64,000 nucleotides of DNA from Candidatus Eisenbacteria bacterium RBG_16_71_46 (lineage in GTDB: Bacteria > Eisenbacteria > RBG-16-71-46). A model generated the notes under the pieces. It was given only the letters and a program-made list of their open reading frames with translations. It made no database searches and was not told where the DNA came from. Location: contig MFFQ01000023.1 in the NCBI GenBank assembly GCA_001780165.1, forward strand, positions 5,215 through 69,214. Direction: 5' to 3'. Positions 1-13,245 of this stretch are shown one piece after another (the first letter of the stretch is position 1; each line of letters begins with the position of its first letter). The translations under genes were made by a program, and so were the position numbers.

Positions 1-1034
<1,034 letters not shown>

Positions 1035-1118
1035 CACCGGGACGCGCGGCACCGGGCCTCACGGGCTCCCCCGCCGGACTCCGGCCACGCATCGCGCCCC
1101 GCGGAGGCCATCATCCCC

Positions 1119-2594
1119 ATGCGCCGCACGCAGCGCCTCTCCAAGTCGCGCTTCACCGCCGGGCTCCAGTGCCTCAAGCAGCTCTGGTGGCGGGTGCACG
1201 AGCCGCAGGCGCCGGAGCTGGTGGTGGATCCTCGGACCCAGGCGATCTTCGACCAGGGAGCGAAGGTCGGTGTGGTCGCCCGGACCCACGTCCCCGGCGG
1301 CCGGCTGGTCGACCGTCCGTACAACGCCTACGCCGAGCGCCTGGCGCTCACGCGGCAGTTCCTCGACGAACGGGTGCCGGCGATCTACGAAGCCTGCTTC
1401 GTCGCCGATGACGTCTTCGTCGCGGTGGATATCCTCGAACGCTCGCGTGACGGCTTCCACCTCATCGAGGTCAAGTCCTCGACCAGCGTCAAGGACGAGC
1501 ACCTTCCCGACGCCGCCATCCAGCTGCACGTGCTCGGGCGCAGCGGGCTCGACGTCGGGCGCGCCGAGGTGATGCACCTCAATCGGGCGTGCGCCTATCC
1601 CGACCTCCACGATCTCTTCGTCCGGCAGGACGTGACAGCAGAGGCGGAGGCGCTGCTGCCCGGGATCCCCGGGTCGGTCCGCACCCAGCTCGAGGCGCTC
1701 GCGGGCCCGCTCCCGGAGGTGGCGATCGGGGACCACTGCAGCGCGCCCCGCGCCTGTCCGTTCATCGAGCGCTGCTGGCCGACGCCGCCGGCCCACCACG
1801 TCAGCACGCTCTACTTCATGAGGCAGCGCGCCGCCGCGCTCGAGGCGGAAGGCTACTCGACGATCTTCCAGCTCCCGCCCGACGTCTCGCTGAACCGCAC
1901 GGCGGCCCGGCAGGTGCGGGCCGTGCGGTCGGGCCGGATGGTCGTGGAGCCCGGGCTGGCCGAGGCGCTCGAGACCTTCGAGCCGCCCCTCGCCTACCTC
2001 GACTTCGAGACGGTGAATCCCGCGATTCCGGTGTGGGACGGGTGCCACCCCTATGACGCGATCCCGGCGCAGTTCAGCTGCCACGTCGAGAACGGGACCG
2101 GCGGGTTCGACCACCACGAGTGGATCGCCGAGGGATCGGGTGATCCCCGGCGCCCGATGGCCGAGCGGGTGATCGCGGCGTGCCGGGGGGCGCGCACCAT
2201 CGTCGCCTACAACGCGTCGTTCGAGAGCGGCTGCCTTCAGCGCGTCGCCGCGGCGCTTCCCGACCTGCGGGAGGAACTGGCCCGGGTCCAGGCCCGCCTC
2301 GCGGACCCGCTGCCCGTCGTCAGGAACTTCATCTACCACCCCGATTTCGGCGGGAGCTTCAGCCTCAAGTCGGTCTTGCCCGCCCTGGTGCCGGAACTCG
2401 AATACGACGAGCTGGAGGTCGCCGAGGGCAATGCCGCGAGCGTGCACCTGGCGCGCCTGATGTTCGAACCCCAGAGCCTCGACGCCGCCGAACGGACCCG
2501 CCTGCTGCGGGCCCTGTATCGCTACTGCGAACTCGACACCTGGGGGATGGTCAAGCTGCTCGAGCGCTTGCGGGGGATCGCGGCGCGCTCGTGA
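1119..2594 (+). CDS. DUF2779 / TM0106-family nuclease: N-terminal PD-(D/E)XK Cas4-like domain with Cys cluster plus C-terminal DnaQ-like exonuclease-fold domain
   Basis: LIEVK..., C-x-x-C...FIERCW Cys motif, later LDFET (DxE) motif; 491 aa. Confidence 0.7.
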   Translation: MRRTQRLSKSRFTAGLQCLKQLWWRVHEPQAPELVVDPRTQAIFDQGAKVGVVARTHVPGGRLVDRPYNAYAERLALTRQFLDERVPAIYEACFVADDVFVAVDILERSRDGFHLIEVKSSTSVKDEHLPDAAIQLHVLGRSGLDVGRAEVMHLNRACAYPDLHDLFVRQDVTAEAEALLPGIPGSVRTQLEALAGPLPEVAIGDHCSAPRACPFIERCWPTPPAHHVSTLYFMRQRAAALEAEGYSTIFQLPPDVSLNRTAARQVRAVRSGRMVVEPGLAEALETFEPPLAYLDFETVNPAIPVWDGCHPYDAIPAQFSCHVENGTGGFDHHEWIAEGSGDPRRPMAERVIAACRGARTIVAYNASFESGCLQRVAAALPDLREELARVQARLADPLPVVRNFIYHPDFGGSFSLKSVLPALVPELEYDELEVAEGNAASVHLARLMFEPQSLDAAERTRLLRALYRYCELDTWGMVKLLERLRGIAARS

Positions 2595-2603
2595 CCGACC
2601 AGG

Positions 2604-2825
2604 CTAGCCGGCGCTCTCCTCGTCCTCTTCTTCGCCGGCAGTCTCCTCGTCGAGATCCGGGACTTCGAAGTCCTCGAGGCTGCCGAATTCGTCCCCGGCG
2701 CCGCCCTGCTCCGCCTTGGCGTGCTTCCGCTGGCGGCGCGCCTCGCGCTTTTCCTCGGCTTTGGCCCGGCGCTTCTGTTCCTTTTGTCGCTTGAGAAAGG
2801 ACGGTCTCTTGGTTCCTGCCATCAG
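2604..2825 (-). CDS. Small bipartite charged protein: basic K/R-rich N-half, acidic D/E C-half; unknown function
   Basis: Start chosen at internal ATG preceded by GGAGCC; 73 aa MAGTKRPSFLKRQKEQKRRAKAEEKREARRQRKHAKAE...DEETAGEEEDEESAG. Confidence 0.5.
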   Translation of the reverse strand: MMAGTKRPSFLKRQKEQKRRAKAEEKREARRQRKHAKAEQGGAGDEFGSLEDFEVPDLDEETAGEEEDEESAG

Positions 2826-2987
2826 GGCTCCTCTCGTTCGATCGCACGTCTCGAACCTCCACCGCCGTCGATCGCGGCCGGCCGAATTTAACACAGGATC
2901 CGCGCGGAGTTGAGTCCCGGCCCGCCGGTCCAGTCGGGACCGGCCGGCCGGCCCTCGTAGTCCCCGGCCCCCAGGGGGGCTCCCGCC

Positions 2988-3026
2988 AGGGAGTTGGCAG
3001 GGAATTCCCGCGTTGCGCTAAACTGC
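2988..3026 (+). promoter_or_regulatory. Possible sigma70-type promoter for the KAS-III gene: TTGGCA -19 nt- TAAACT
   Basis: Seen in sequence 45-85 nt upstream of the 3072 start; spacer is long, so weak. Confidence 0.2.
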
Positions 3027-3071
3027 GAGCGTCCATAGCGGAACCAGCCGGACGACTGACGGAGGACTGCT

Positions 3072-4226
3072 TTGAGTTCGACCGCCCTGGGGATGCGCCT
3101 CGACGGTCTCGCCGCGTACGTACCCGAACAGGTGTGGAGCAATGCGCGCGTCGCCGCCCGACTGCGGCTCGAGCGCATGCGTCTCGGCGCCAGTAAGCGC
3201 ACCGCCGGATCCGGCAAGCTCCCCGCCGAAGAGGCCAAGCTCTTCGAGACCAGCGATCGCTGGGTGCGCCGTTTCATCGGCTTCGGCGAGCGCCGCTTCA
3301 GCCCCGAGGGCGAGGGCACGATCGACCTCGCGACGCGCGCGGCCCGCCTCCTGTTCGAGCGCTCCGGGCACTCCCCGAACGACGTCGATTCCATCGTGGT
3401 CGCCAGCGTCACGCCCTCCTACCTCTACAGCCCTCCGGACGCCGCGCTGCTCCAGCATGCGCTCGGCATCCCGGTCTGGCGCGGAGCGGACCCTCGCGAA
3501 CTACGAGGCGCCGACATCTCTTTGGCGTGCAGCAGCTGGGTGGCCTCGCTCACCATCTGCTACGCCCTGATCCGTTCCGGGATGGCCCGCCGCATCCTCC
3601 TGGTCGGCGCCGACCGGATGAGCGCCGCCATCAACTGGCGCGACCGCAGCTTCGCCACCGTGCTCGGGGACGCCGGCACCGCCACGCTGTGCACGGCCGT
3701 GCCGGCCGCGGAGGACTGGTTCTCGCCCACGCAGTTCTGGAGCTGGATGGACGGCGGACACGCCGGGATCATCCTCACCCCCGCGGGCGGCTCGCGGCGG
3801 CCTTCGCCCCTGCCGGAGGAGGTGGAGGCGGGCAAGCACCGGCTGGCCATGGATGGCGCCGCGGTGAAGGAAGTTCTCGTCCCCTTCACCGGAGGCCCGG
3901 CCATGGATGCCGCGCTGGCCAAGGCCGGCTGGCGGCTCGAGGATCTCGACTTCGCCACGCTGCACGAAGCCAACCTGGTGCTCAACGCCTCCATCATCCG
4001 GATGTGGCGCGAGCGCGGGTTCCGCGGCCAGGTGCTGGACGCGGGCGGCCGATTCGGCAACACGACCAGCGCCTCGATCCCGCTGGCGCTGGCGATGAAC
4101 CCCGGCGAGTTGGTGGTCGGCCGGAAGTTCGGACTGCTGGGCTTCGGAGGGGGCCTGTCGGCGAGCTTCGCCTTCGGCACGATCCTCCACCCGCTTCCCG
4201 CCTGGAACAACCTGCGCTCACCCTGA
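3072..4226 (+). CDS. 3-oxoacyl-ACP synthase III (FabH-like KAS III) family protein, long 384-aa variant
   Basis: Cys (..ACSSW..), His (HEANLVLN) and Asn (GNTTSASIP) catalytic-triad contexts; GFGGGLS C-terminus. Confidence 0.75.
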   Translation: MSSTALGMRLDGLAAYVPEQVWSNARVAARLRLERMRLGASKRTAGSGKLPAEEAKLFETSDRWVRRFIGFGERRFSPEGEGTIDLATRAARLLFERSGHSPNDVDSIVVASVTPSYLYSPPDAALLQHALGIPVWRGADPRELRGADISLACSSWVASLTICYALIRSGMARRILLVGADRMSAAINWRDRSFATVLGDAGTATLCTAVPAAEDWFSPTQFWSWMDGGHAGIILTPAGGSRRPSPLPEEVEAGKHRLAMDGAAVKEVLVPFTGGPAMDAALAKAGWRLEDLDFATLHEANLVLNASIIRMWRERGFRGQVLDAGGRFGNTTSASIPLALAMNPGELVVGRKFGLLGFGGGLSASFAFGTILHPLPAWNNLRSP

Positions 4227-4290
4227 CGATCGCCCCGCCGGCTCCGGAGGGCACGCGCCGCGCCTCCCGGGGTCCGAGGCGGCGGGACCG

Positions 4291-7200
4291 TCAGGCGGGA
4301 GCGGCCCCCGGCTTGTAGATCACGCCTTGGTTCCGCCGGCCGTTCATCTTGACCACGATCGGCTTCTCGAACCGAAGATGCCGGACCGAGTCGCGGCGGG
4401 TCTTGGCGGGCTGAGACTCGATCCACTCCCAGTCCACGAAGCCCTCGCCCGCGTCGGCGTTGACGGTGAAGTAGCCGACCTGGAACGAGGTCAGGTTCTG
4501 GAAGAAGTGGCTGCCCTGGGAGGGCGTGACCCGGAAGTCCCGAAAGCCCGACTCGACGATGACCCGGGCGCCCGAGATCTGGTCCCAGGCCACCGGGATC
4601 CCGAGCCAGGGCTCCCTCGACCCCCAGCGACCCACGCCGATCAGCAGGTAAGGCCGGCGCTGCGCCCATAACTCGGCGTTGAAGCGGGCGACCGCGTCCG
4701 CGGCGTCGCTGCTGCGGGAACGCTCGAAGCGGTGGAAGTCGACCACCACCAAGTCCCGCAGGCCGTCGATCCTGCCATTTCCCAGCACGCTTGGGCTGCG
4801 GCACAGCAGCAGCTCCGAGTGGATCTCGTCCACGTCCAGCTCTTCGGTCTCGCGGCTGAGCACGAGCGGGCGCATTTGCAGGAAGCCGAACTGGTGCGGC
4901 TCCTCCGCGGCGCGGCCGAGGCGCACGGCGAACTCGATTTCGACCGGACGGTTCATCCCGCGGCTCCCGACATCGAGGATGTGGCTCAGGGTTTCGGCGA
5001 GTGGAAAGACCCCATGCTTGAGGATCGGGGCCAGCGTCACCAATGGCCGGCCGGGTCGCGAGAGCCCGTCCTGGATCGTGCCGTTCTCGGCGGAGTAGGT
5101 GGAGCCCACCGCCAGGAGCGTTCCATCCTCGGCAGCGGTCTCGAGGCCGAAGCGCGTCTCGCGCGTGGCGGGTGCCGCGGCCGCGCTCTCCCCCCGATCG
5201 AGCTCGAGGGCCCAGAAGGCCTGCTGGGAGTTGCCGAGCACGTCCTCGACCGCCGACGAATGGATGGGATGAAGCGGATACCGTGGGCAGAAGACCACGC
5301 ACCGCTCGCCCTCCACGACCGCCCGCCCCATTCCCAGCGCCACGGCCGCGACACCGTCCTCGGAGGTGAGGGGCGGCGCCGGGTAGAAGTTGTGCGAACG
5401 CGCCACTCCGGCGAAATCCGGATAGTGTCGCGGACCGTGGGCGGCGCCCACGACCTTTTGGAGGATGACGGCCATCTTCTCCTCCTCCAGACGATAGGGC
5501 GTCGCGCGCAAATAGCCCTTGGCGTGCTGGGAGAAGGTCGAGGCATAGACCAGCTTGATCGCCCGCATGAGCCGTTCGAGGCGCACGCCGAGGTCGGGGT
5601 GGTTGTTCGGGAGCATGAAGGTCTCGTACACGCCGGTGAACGGCTGGTGCTGCGAGTCCTCGAGCAGGCTCGAGGAGCGCACCGCGACCGGCCAGTCCAC
5701 GGCATCCAGGAAGGACACGAGGTCCTGCACCGCGTCCGGCGGAAGCTGCGCCGCGAGGAACCGGCGCTGGATCTCGGCGTCGTCCCGCGAGCGCAGCGCG
5801 TAGTCGAGGAGTGCGCTGTCGGCCAGGAACTGGTCGAACACGTCGGTCGCCAGCACCACCGACGGCGGCACCGCGATCTCCACCCCGGGGAAGCGGTGGC
5901 CGATCCGATGATAGTTGAGCAGGTAGCGCACGAACGCGAGCCCGCGCGCCTTGCCGCCGATGGAGCCGCCCCCGATCCGCGAGAAGAACGTGCCCGTGGG
6001 ATCGAATTGGGACCGCGCGTAGTCGACGATCAACAGGGCGCTCTGCGCATGCCGGTAACGGACGATGGACTGGATCATGTCGCGCCGCAGGTCCTCGAGG
6101 CTCGCGAAGTCCGAGACCTTGCGCGGCCTGAGCTCGTGAGCGAGCGCGAATTCGGTCCGGGCGCTGAACCAGTTCGAGAAGTGATTGCGCTCCCCGTGGA
6201 AGGCGATGCTCTCGGCCGGGACCGTGCGGAGCATCGCTTCGAGGCTCTTGAGGTCGCCCGCCCGGCCCACCTCGGTTCCGTCCGGAAGGCGGAACACGAA
6301 GTCGCCGAACGCGAAGTTCTCGGTGACGAAGCCGCGGAGATCGGACAGCAGGGTGGGCGAATCCTTGAGCAGGAACGCCGCGCCGACCTCCCGCGCCCCG
6401 CGCGCGTTCTCCGAATGGCTGGATTGAAGCAGGATGGGGAGGTCCCAGATCGCCTCCCGTGCCGCGCGGGCAAGATCGAACCCCGCCTGGGGGGAGAGCT
6501 GACCGCCGCGCGGGAACTGGATGTCGGAGATCAATCCGAGCACGTGGTCCCGGTAGCGTATCAGGACGTCCCAGGCCTCTTCGAAGGTGCGGCACAGCAG
6601 GATCTTGGGCCGCGCACGCAGCCGCACGATCTTGTGCGAGAGATTGACGCCCTCGCTGACCAGGCGCTCGGACTGGCGAATGATCTCGGTGTAGATCGTC
6701 GGCAGGAACGAGGAGGCGTAGCGGATGTTGTCCTCCACCACGAGGATGACCCGCACCCCCACCGCGGCCGTGTCGTGGGCGACGTTGCGACGGTCCTCGA
6801 CGAACTTGACGATGGCGACGAGGATCCGCGCGTTGCCCTGCCACAGGAAGATGCCCTCGACCTCCGAGACCCCATGCCGCGCGACGAAACGTTTGGCCTC
6901 GTCGTTGTCGTAGGCCAACACGACGACCGGCACGTCCAGCCCCGCGCGACGGACTTCGCGCGCCAGCTCGCTGGCGCTCATGTCGCCCGCATCGATGGCG
7001 GTGATGATCAGGTTGAAGCGGGGCGCGGCCTTGGCGAGCGCCAGCGCCTCGGCGCCGCTCGAGACGTGGGTGAGGCCCGGCGGCTGGTGGAGGCTCAGCT
7101 CGAGGAATTCCCCGAGGATGAGTTCGTTGAGACGGCCGTCCTCCTGGAGCGTGAAGGACTCGTAGAGGCTCGACACCAGGAGGATGTCCTGGACCCGGAA

Positions 7201-7338
7201 GGGCATCAGGTCCTGAAAGCCCCCGAACGGGTTGCTCGGAGCCTGCGGGACGGATCCGTCGGCGATGGTCGGCATCCTCTCACCCGGGTAGAACGAAGTC
7301 GCGGGGCGGAGGATATCCGCCCCGCGCTCCAGGACCAA
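4291..7338 (-). CDS. Response-regulator-like protein: degenerate receiver, then canonical CheY-like receiver (..LISDIQFP..), then PEP/pyruvate-binding ATP-grasp domain (PPDK_N-like, GGKARGLAF); no recognisable swivel His domain
   Basis: TTG start at 7338 lies 9 nt after the gdhA stop; alternative ATG at 7212 preceded by GGTGAGAGG; 1015 aa. Confidence 0.65.
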   Translation of the reverse strand: MVLERGADILRPATSFYPGERMPTIADGSVPQAPSNPFGGFQDLMPFRVQDILLVSSLYESFTLQEDGRLNELILGEFLELSLHQPPGLTHVSSGAEALALAKAAPRFNLIITAIDAGDMSASELAREVRRAGLDVPVVVLAYDNDEAKRFVARHGVSEVEGIFLWQGNARILVAIVKFVEDRRNVAHDTAAVGVRVILVVEDNIRYASSFLPTIYTEIIRQSERLVSEGVNLSHKIVRLRARPKILLCRTFEEAWDVLIRYRDHVLGLISDIQFPRGGQLSPQAGFDLARAAREAIWDLPILLQSSHSENARGAREVGAAFLLKDSPTLLSDLRGFVTENFAFGDFVFRLPDGTEVGRAGDLKSLEAMLRTVPAESIAFHGERNHFSNWFSARTEFALAHELRPRKVSDFASLEDLRRDMIQSIVRYRHAQSALLIVDYARSQFDPTGTFFSRIGGGSIGGKARGLAFVRYLLNYHRIGHRFPGVEIAVPPSVVLATDVFDQFLADSALLDYALRSRDDAEIQRRFLAAQLPPDAVQDLVSFLDAVDWPVAVRSSSLLEDSQHQPFTGVYETFMLPNNHPDLGVRLERLMRAIKLVYASTFSQHAKGYLRATPYRLEEEKMAVILQKVVGAAHGPRHYPDFAGVARSHNFYPAPPLTSEDGVAAVALGMGRAVVEGERCVVFCPRYPLHPIHSSAVEDVLGNSQQAFWALELDRGESAAAAPATRETRFGLETAAEDGTLLAVGSTYSAENGTIQDGLSRPGRPLVTLAPILKHGVFPLAETLSHILDVGSRGMNRPVEIEFAVRLGRAAEEPHQFGFLQMRPLVLSRETEELDVDEIHSELLLCRSPSVLGNGRIDGLRDLVVVDFHRFERSRSSDAADAVARFNAELWAQRRPYLLIGVGRWGSREPWLGIPVAWDQISGARVIVESGFRDFRVTPSQGSHFFQNLTSFQVGYFTVNADAGEGFVDWEWIESQPAKTRRDSVRHLRFEKPIVVKMNGRRNQGVIYKPGAAPA

Positions 7339-7347
7339 CCCCGATGA

Positions 7348-10624
<3,277 letters not shown>

Positions 10625-10797
10625 GCGTGTCTCCTCTTGATGGGGGGTCCTGGGTTTCATCCCGAGCCCGGCGCCCGGATCGGGCCCAGTCTGCGCGGCG
10701 GACGGCATCTGCGGCAAGCCCAAACACGCCGCCGGTCGTGGCGGTTCGCGTTTGGCCGTCCGGCGCCGGGGTCCGGCCCCCTGGGGAGGCCAAGAGA

Positions 10798-10827
10798 AGC
10801 CCCCGAGGCCTTGGAGCCACGGGGGCT
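10798..10827 (-). terminator. GC hairpin (8-bp stem AGCCCCCG/CGGGGGCT) followed on the minus strand by UUCUCUUGG; candidate terminator of the helicase gene
   Basis: Inverted repeat read directly; 63 nt downstream of the helicase stop. Confidence 0.3.
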
Positions 10828-10889
10828 GGAAAGGGGTCCGGTGCGGCTTCCGCGGGCGCCGGACCGGCCGAACGGCGGGTGCCGGTGCG

Positions 10890-12173
10890 CTACATCCGCT
10901 TCCGGCTCCGTCGGGTCGTCACGTTGAGGCGGCGCTTGCGTCCGTGCGCCTCACCGGCCGGTGCGAGCGCCGGCTCGGGGCGCGCCCGCACCTCGTGGCG
11001 GCCCGTCCTCGGCCGCGGCTCGCGCAGCGGGCGGACCGCCGAAGCGCGCCGCTCGTAGTCGAACCCGGGGATCGTCACCCGCGGCACGATGATGCCGACC
11101 GTGCGCTCGATCGCCGCGACCTCCTTGCGGTCCTCGGGGCAAACCAAGGTCAGGGCGTCGCCTGTGGCATCCATGCGCCCGGTGCGCCCGATGCGGTGCA
11201 CGTAGTCTTCGGGGGTGCGCGGAACGTCGTAGTTGATGACGTGCGTGATGTCGTCGACGTCGATCCCCCGCGACGCGATGTCGGTGGCCACCAGGATGTC
11301 CACCCGGCCGCGCTTGAAATCGGAGAGCGCGCGTTCGCGCTGGCCCTGGCTGCGGTCGCCGTGGAGTGCCGCCACCGCGTGGCCGCTGGTCTTGAGTCGC
11401 CGCGCGAGGCGCTCGGCGCCGTGCTTGGTGCGGGTGAACACGATCGTGCTGTGGTCGCCCGCGCGCTCGAAGATCGCCTGCAGCAGATCCGCCTTGAGAT
11501 GGCTCGGGACCGGGTAGAAGAACTGGTCGATCCCCGCCGCCGGACGCGTGGGCGGCGCCAGCTCGAGCCGCCGGGGGTTGGTGAGCGCTTCGCGCGCCAC
11601 GGTGTTGAGCTCCGGCGGCATCGTCGCCGAGAACATCAGGGTCTGGCGCTTCTTCGGCAGCAGTCGGAGGATGCGCTTGAGGTCCGGCGCGAAGCCCATG
11701 TCCACCATGCGGTCGGCTTCGTCGAGCACCAGGATCTCGATGTCCTCGAAGGCCAGCGCCTGGCGGCCGTGGAGATCCAGCAGCCGGCCGGGGGTCGCGA
11801 CCAGCAGTTCGACGCCCTCACGCCGGAGCATGCGCTCCTGCGGACCGAGCGGCACGCCGCCGTACACGGCGCCGACCCGCACCGGAGAGAAGCGCGCGTA
11901 CTCGCGCGCGGCGGACTCGACCTGCGCGGCGAGCTCGCGCGTGGGCACGAGGACCAGCGCCCGCAGGGCCGGTGGGCCGTCGAGCAGGCGCGTGAGGATG
12001 GGCAGCACGAAGGCGGCGGTCTTGCCGCTGCCGGTCTGCGCAGCGGCGACCAGGTCGTGGCCGGGAAGAATGAGAGGGATGGCCTGCGCCTGGATCGGCG
12101 TGGGCACGGTGTAGCCGGCCGCCCGTACGCCCTGGGTAATGGGCTCGGGCAGGCCGAGTGCGGTGAACGACAT
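10890..12173 (-). CDS. rhlE: DEAD-box ATP-dependent RNA helicase with Arg-rich C-terminal tail
   Basis: AQTGSGKT, VLDEADRM, SAT, HRIGRTGR motifs; start ATG after CTAGGAG. Confidence 0.85.
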   Translation of the reverse strand: MSFTALGLPEPITQGVRAAGYTVPTPIQAQAIPLILPGHDLVAAAQTGSGKTAAFVLPILTRLLDGPPALRALVLVPTRELAAQVESAAREYARFSPVRVGAVYGGVPLGPQERMLRREGVELLVATPGRLLDLHGRQALAFEDIEILVLDEADRMVDMGFAPDLKRILRLLPKKRQTLMFSATMPPELNTVAREALTNPRRLELAPPTRPAAGIDQFFYPVPSHLKADLLQAIFERAGDHSTIVFTRTKHGAERLARRLKTSGHAVAALHGDRSQGQRERALSDFKRGRVDILVATDIASRGIDVDDITHVINYDVPRTPEDYVHRIGRTGRMDATGDALTLVCPEDRKEVAAIERTVGIIVPRVTIPGFDYERRASAVRPLREPRPRTGRHEVRARPEPALAPAGEAHGRKRRLNVTTRRSRKRM

Positions 12174-12265
12174 GATGTCTCCTAGTGGGTGCGTGGGTGC
12201 GGCAGTGGCGCCGGTTGGCACGCGGTGGCCCGAAGGCCGGGGATGGGACGAGCGCTTGCGGCGTT

Positions 12266-12895
12266 CTATCGTGCGCCGCCTTGAATGCCCTTCCCGAACC
12301 GGCTGTGACGCCGCGCCAGCCGCCGTGCGGTATCGGGCGTGGGCGCCGGTGCCGGCTCCTCGACGACGAGGGTGCCGATCACGAGATCGGCGAGGGGAAG
12401 CAGCACGTTGAGGTTGCGGTCCATGCGCAGGTGATGGATGCGATGGTGCCGCTTGATGAACTGGAAGTACCGCCCGCGCTCGACGACGCCGAGCGCGGGC
12501 TTGCGCATGAGGAAGTGCAGCCCCTCGTAGCCGAGGTAGTAAAGCGCCATGGTCGCGCCGAAGGCGATCACGAATGCGGCGACCGGAAGCGAGACGCCCA
12601 GCGCGGCAAACCCCCACGCCAGCAGGGCCCAGGGGAGGACGTTGATGAGAACGAGCGCGGGCCCTCCCCACCACTCGAAGCTCGGCGCCTCGCGCTGCGC
12701 TTCGTCTTCCACGTGGAAGGTGTCTTCGATCTTGCGGAGCTGGTGGTGGACCAGGGTGTGCGAGGCCAAGCGGCCCCCGGGCTGCCCGGGCCGATGCAGC
12801 CAGAAGCGGTGAAAGGTCCACTCGAAGAAACTGGCCTGAACGACGGCGACGGCGATCCCTGCGAGAACAGCGAGGAGGGTGAAGGGGATGGGCAT
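12266..12895 (-). CDS. Fatty-acid hydroxylase / sterol-desaturase superfamily membrane protein
   Basis: Three His boxes (HRFWLH, HTLVHH, HHRIHH) and hydrophobic segments; 209 aa. Confidence 0.6.
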   Translation of the reverse strand: MPIPFTLLAVLAGIAVAVVQASFFEWTFHRFWLHRPGQPGGRLASHTLVHHQLRKIEDTFHVEDEAQREAPSFEWWGGPALVLINVLPWALLAWGFAALGVSLPVAAFVIAFGATMALYYLGYEGLHFLMRKPALGVVERGRYFQFIKRHHRIHHLRMDRNLNVLLPLADLVIGTLVVEEPAPAPTPDTARRLARRHSRFGKGIQGGAR

Positions 12896-12982
12896 GAAGC
12901 TCCGGGGAAGCAGGAAGGCGCGCAGGTCGCGCGCGCCGTGTCCGGCCTCACTGACCGGACCTTACGATCGGATGGATGGCAC

Positions 12983-13015
12983 AAAAAAACCGCCAGGGTC
13001 GTCCTGGACGGACTC
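12983..13015 (-). terminator. Strong Rho-independent terminator on the minus strand: stem-loop CCGUCCAGG-ACGAC-CCUGGCGG followed by U7
   Basis: Only A7/T7 run in the window; hairpin plus U-tract read directly. Confidence 0.6.
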
Positions 13016-13245
13016 GAACGCGAGCGGCACATCCAACCTCGACCGAAGACTGCAGGGACTATCGGACCCTCGGCCCCCCAAATCAAGTGAATTCGTTGTG
13101 AACCGCCCCGTGCGGCCACGCGAACGGTCCACCCCGGCCGCCGGCCGACCCTCTCCCAAGGCCTTCCCCACCCACGACTCGCGCCGGCGCGCCCACGCCC
13201 CGGCCGGCGGCCGGGACCGCATCCGCGCGGGAGCCGCCCCGCGGC

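Noticed and set aside
2988-3012. sigma54-like TGGCAG...TTGCG near 2990, and TGGCAG...TTGGCAGG near 9031-9060
   Set aside because: GG/GC spacing is 12 nt or irregular instead of the fixed -24/-12 geometry, and the 9031 copy faces away from any gene start.
3560-6844. 1094-aa minus-strand ORF rich in R/G/P/A
   Set aside because: Out of frame with and fully inside the 4291-7338 gene; no recognisable domain. Typical spurious open frame in GC-rich DNA.
12990-13060. Possible minus-strand tRNA gene suggested by GTTCGAGTCC
   Set aside because: T-stem and acceptor stem cannot be paired into a cloverleaf; retained only as a tRNA-like motif in the findings.
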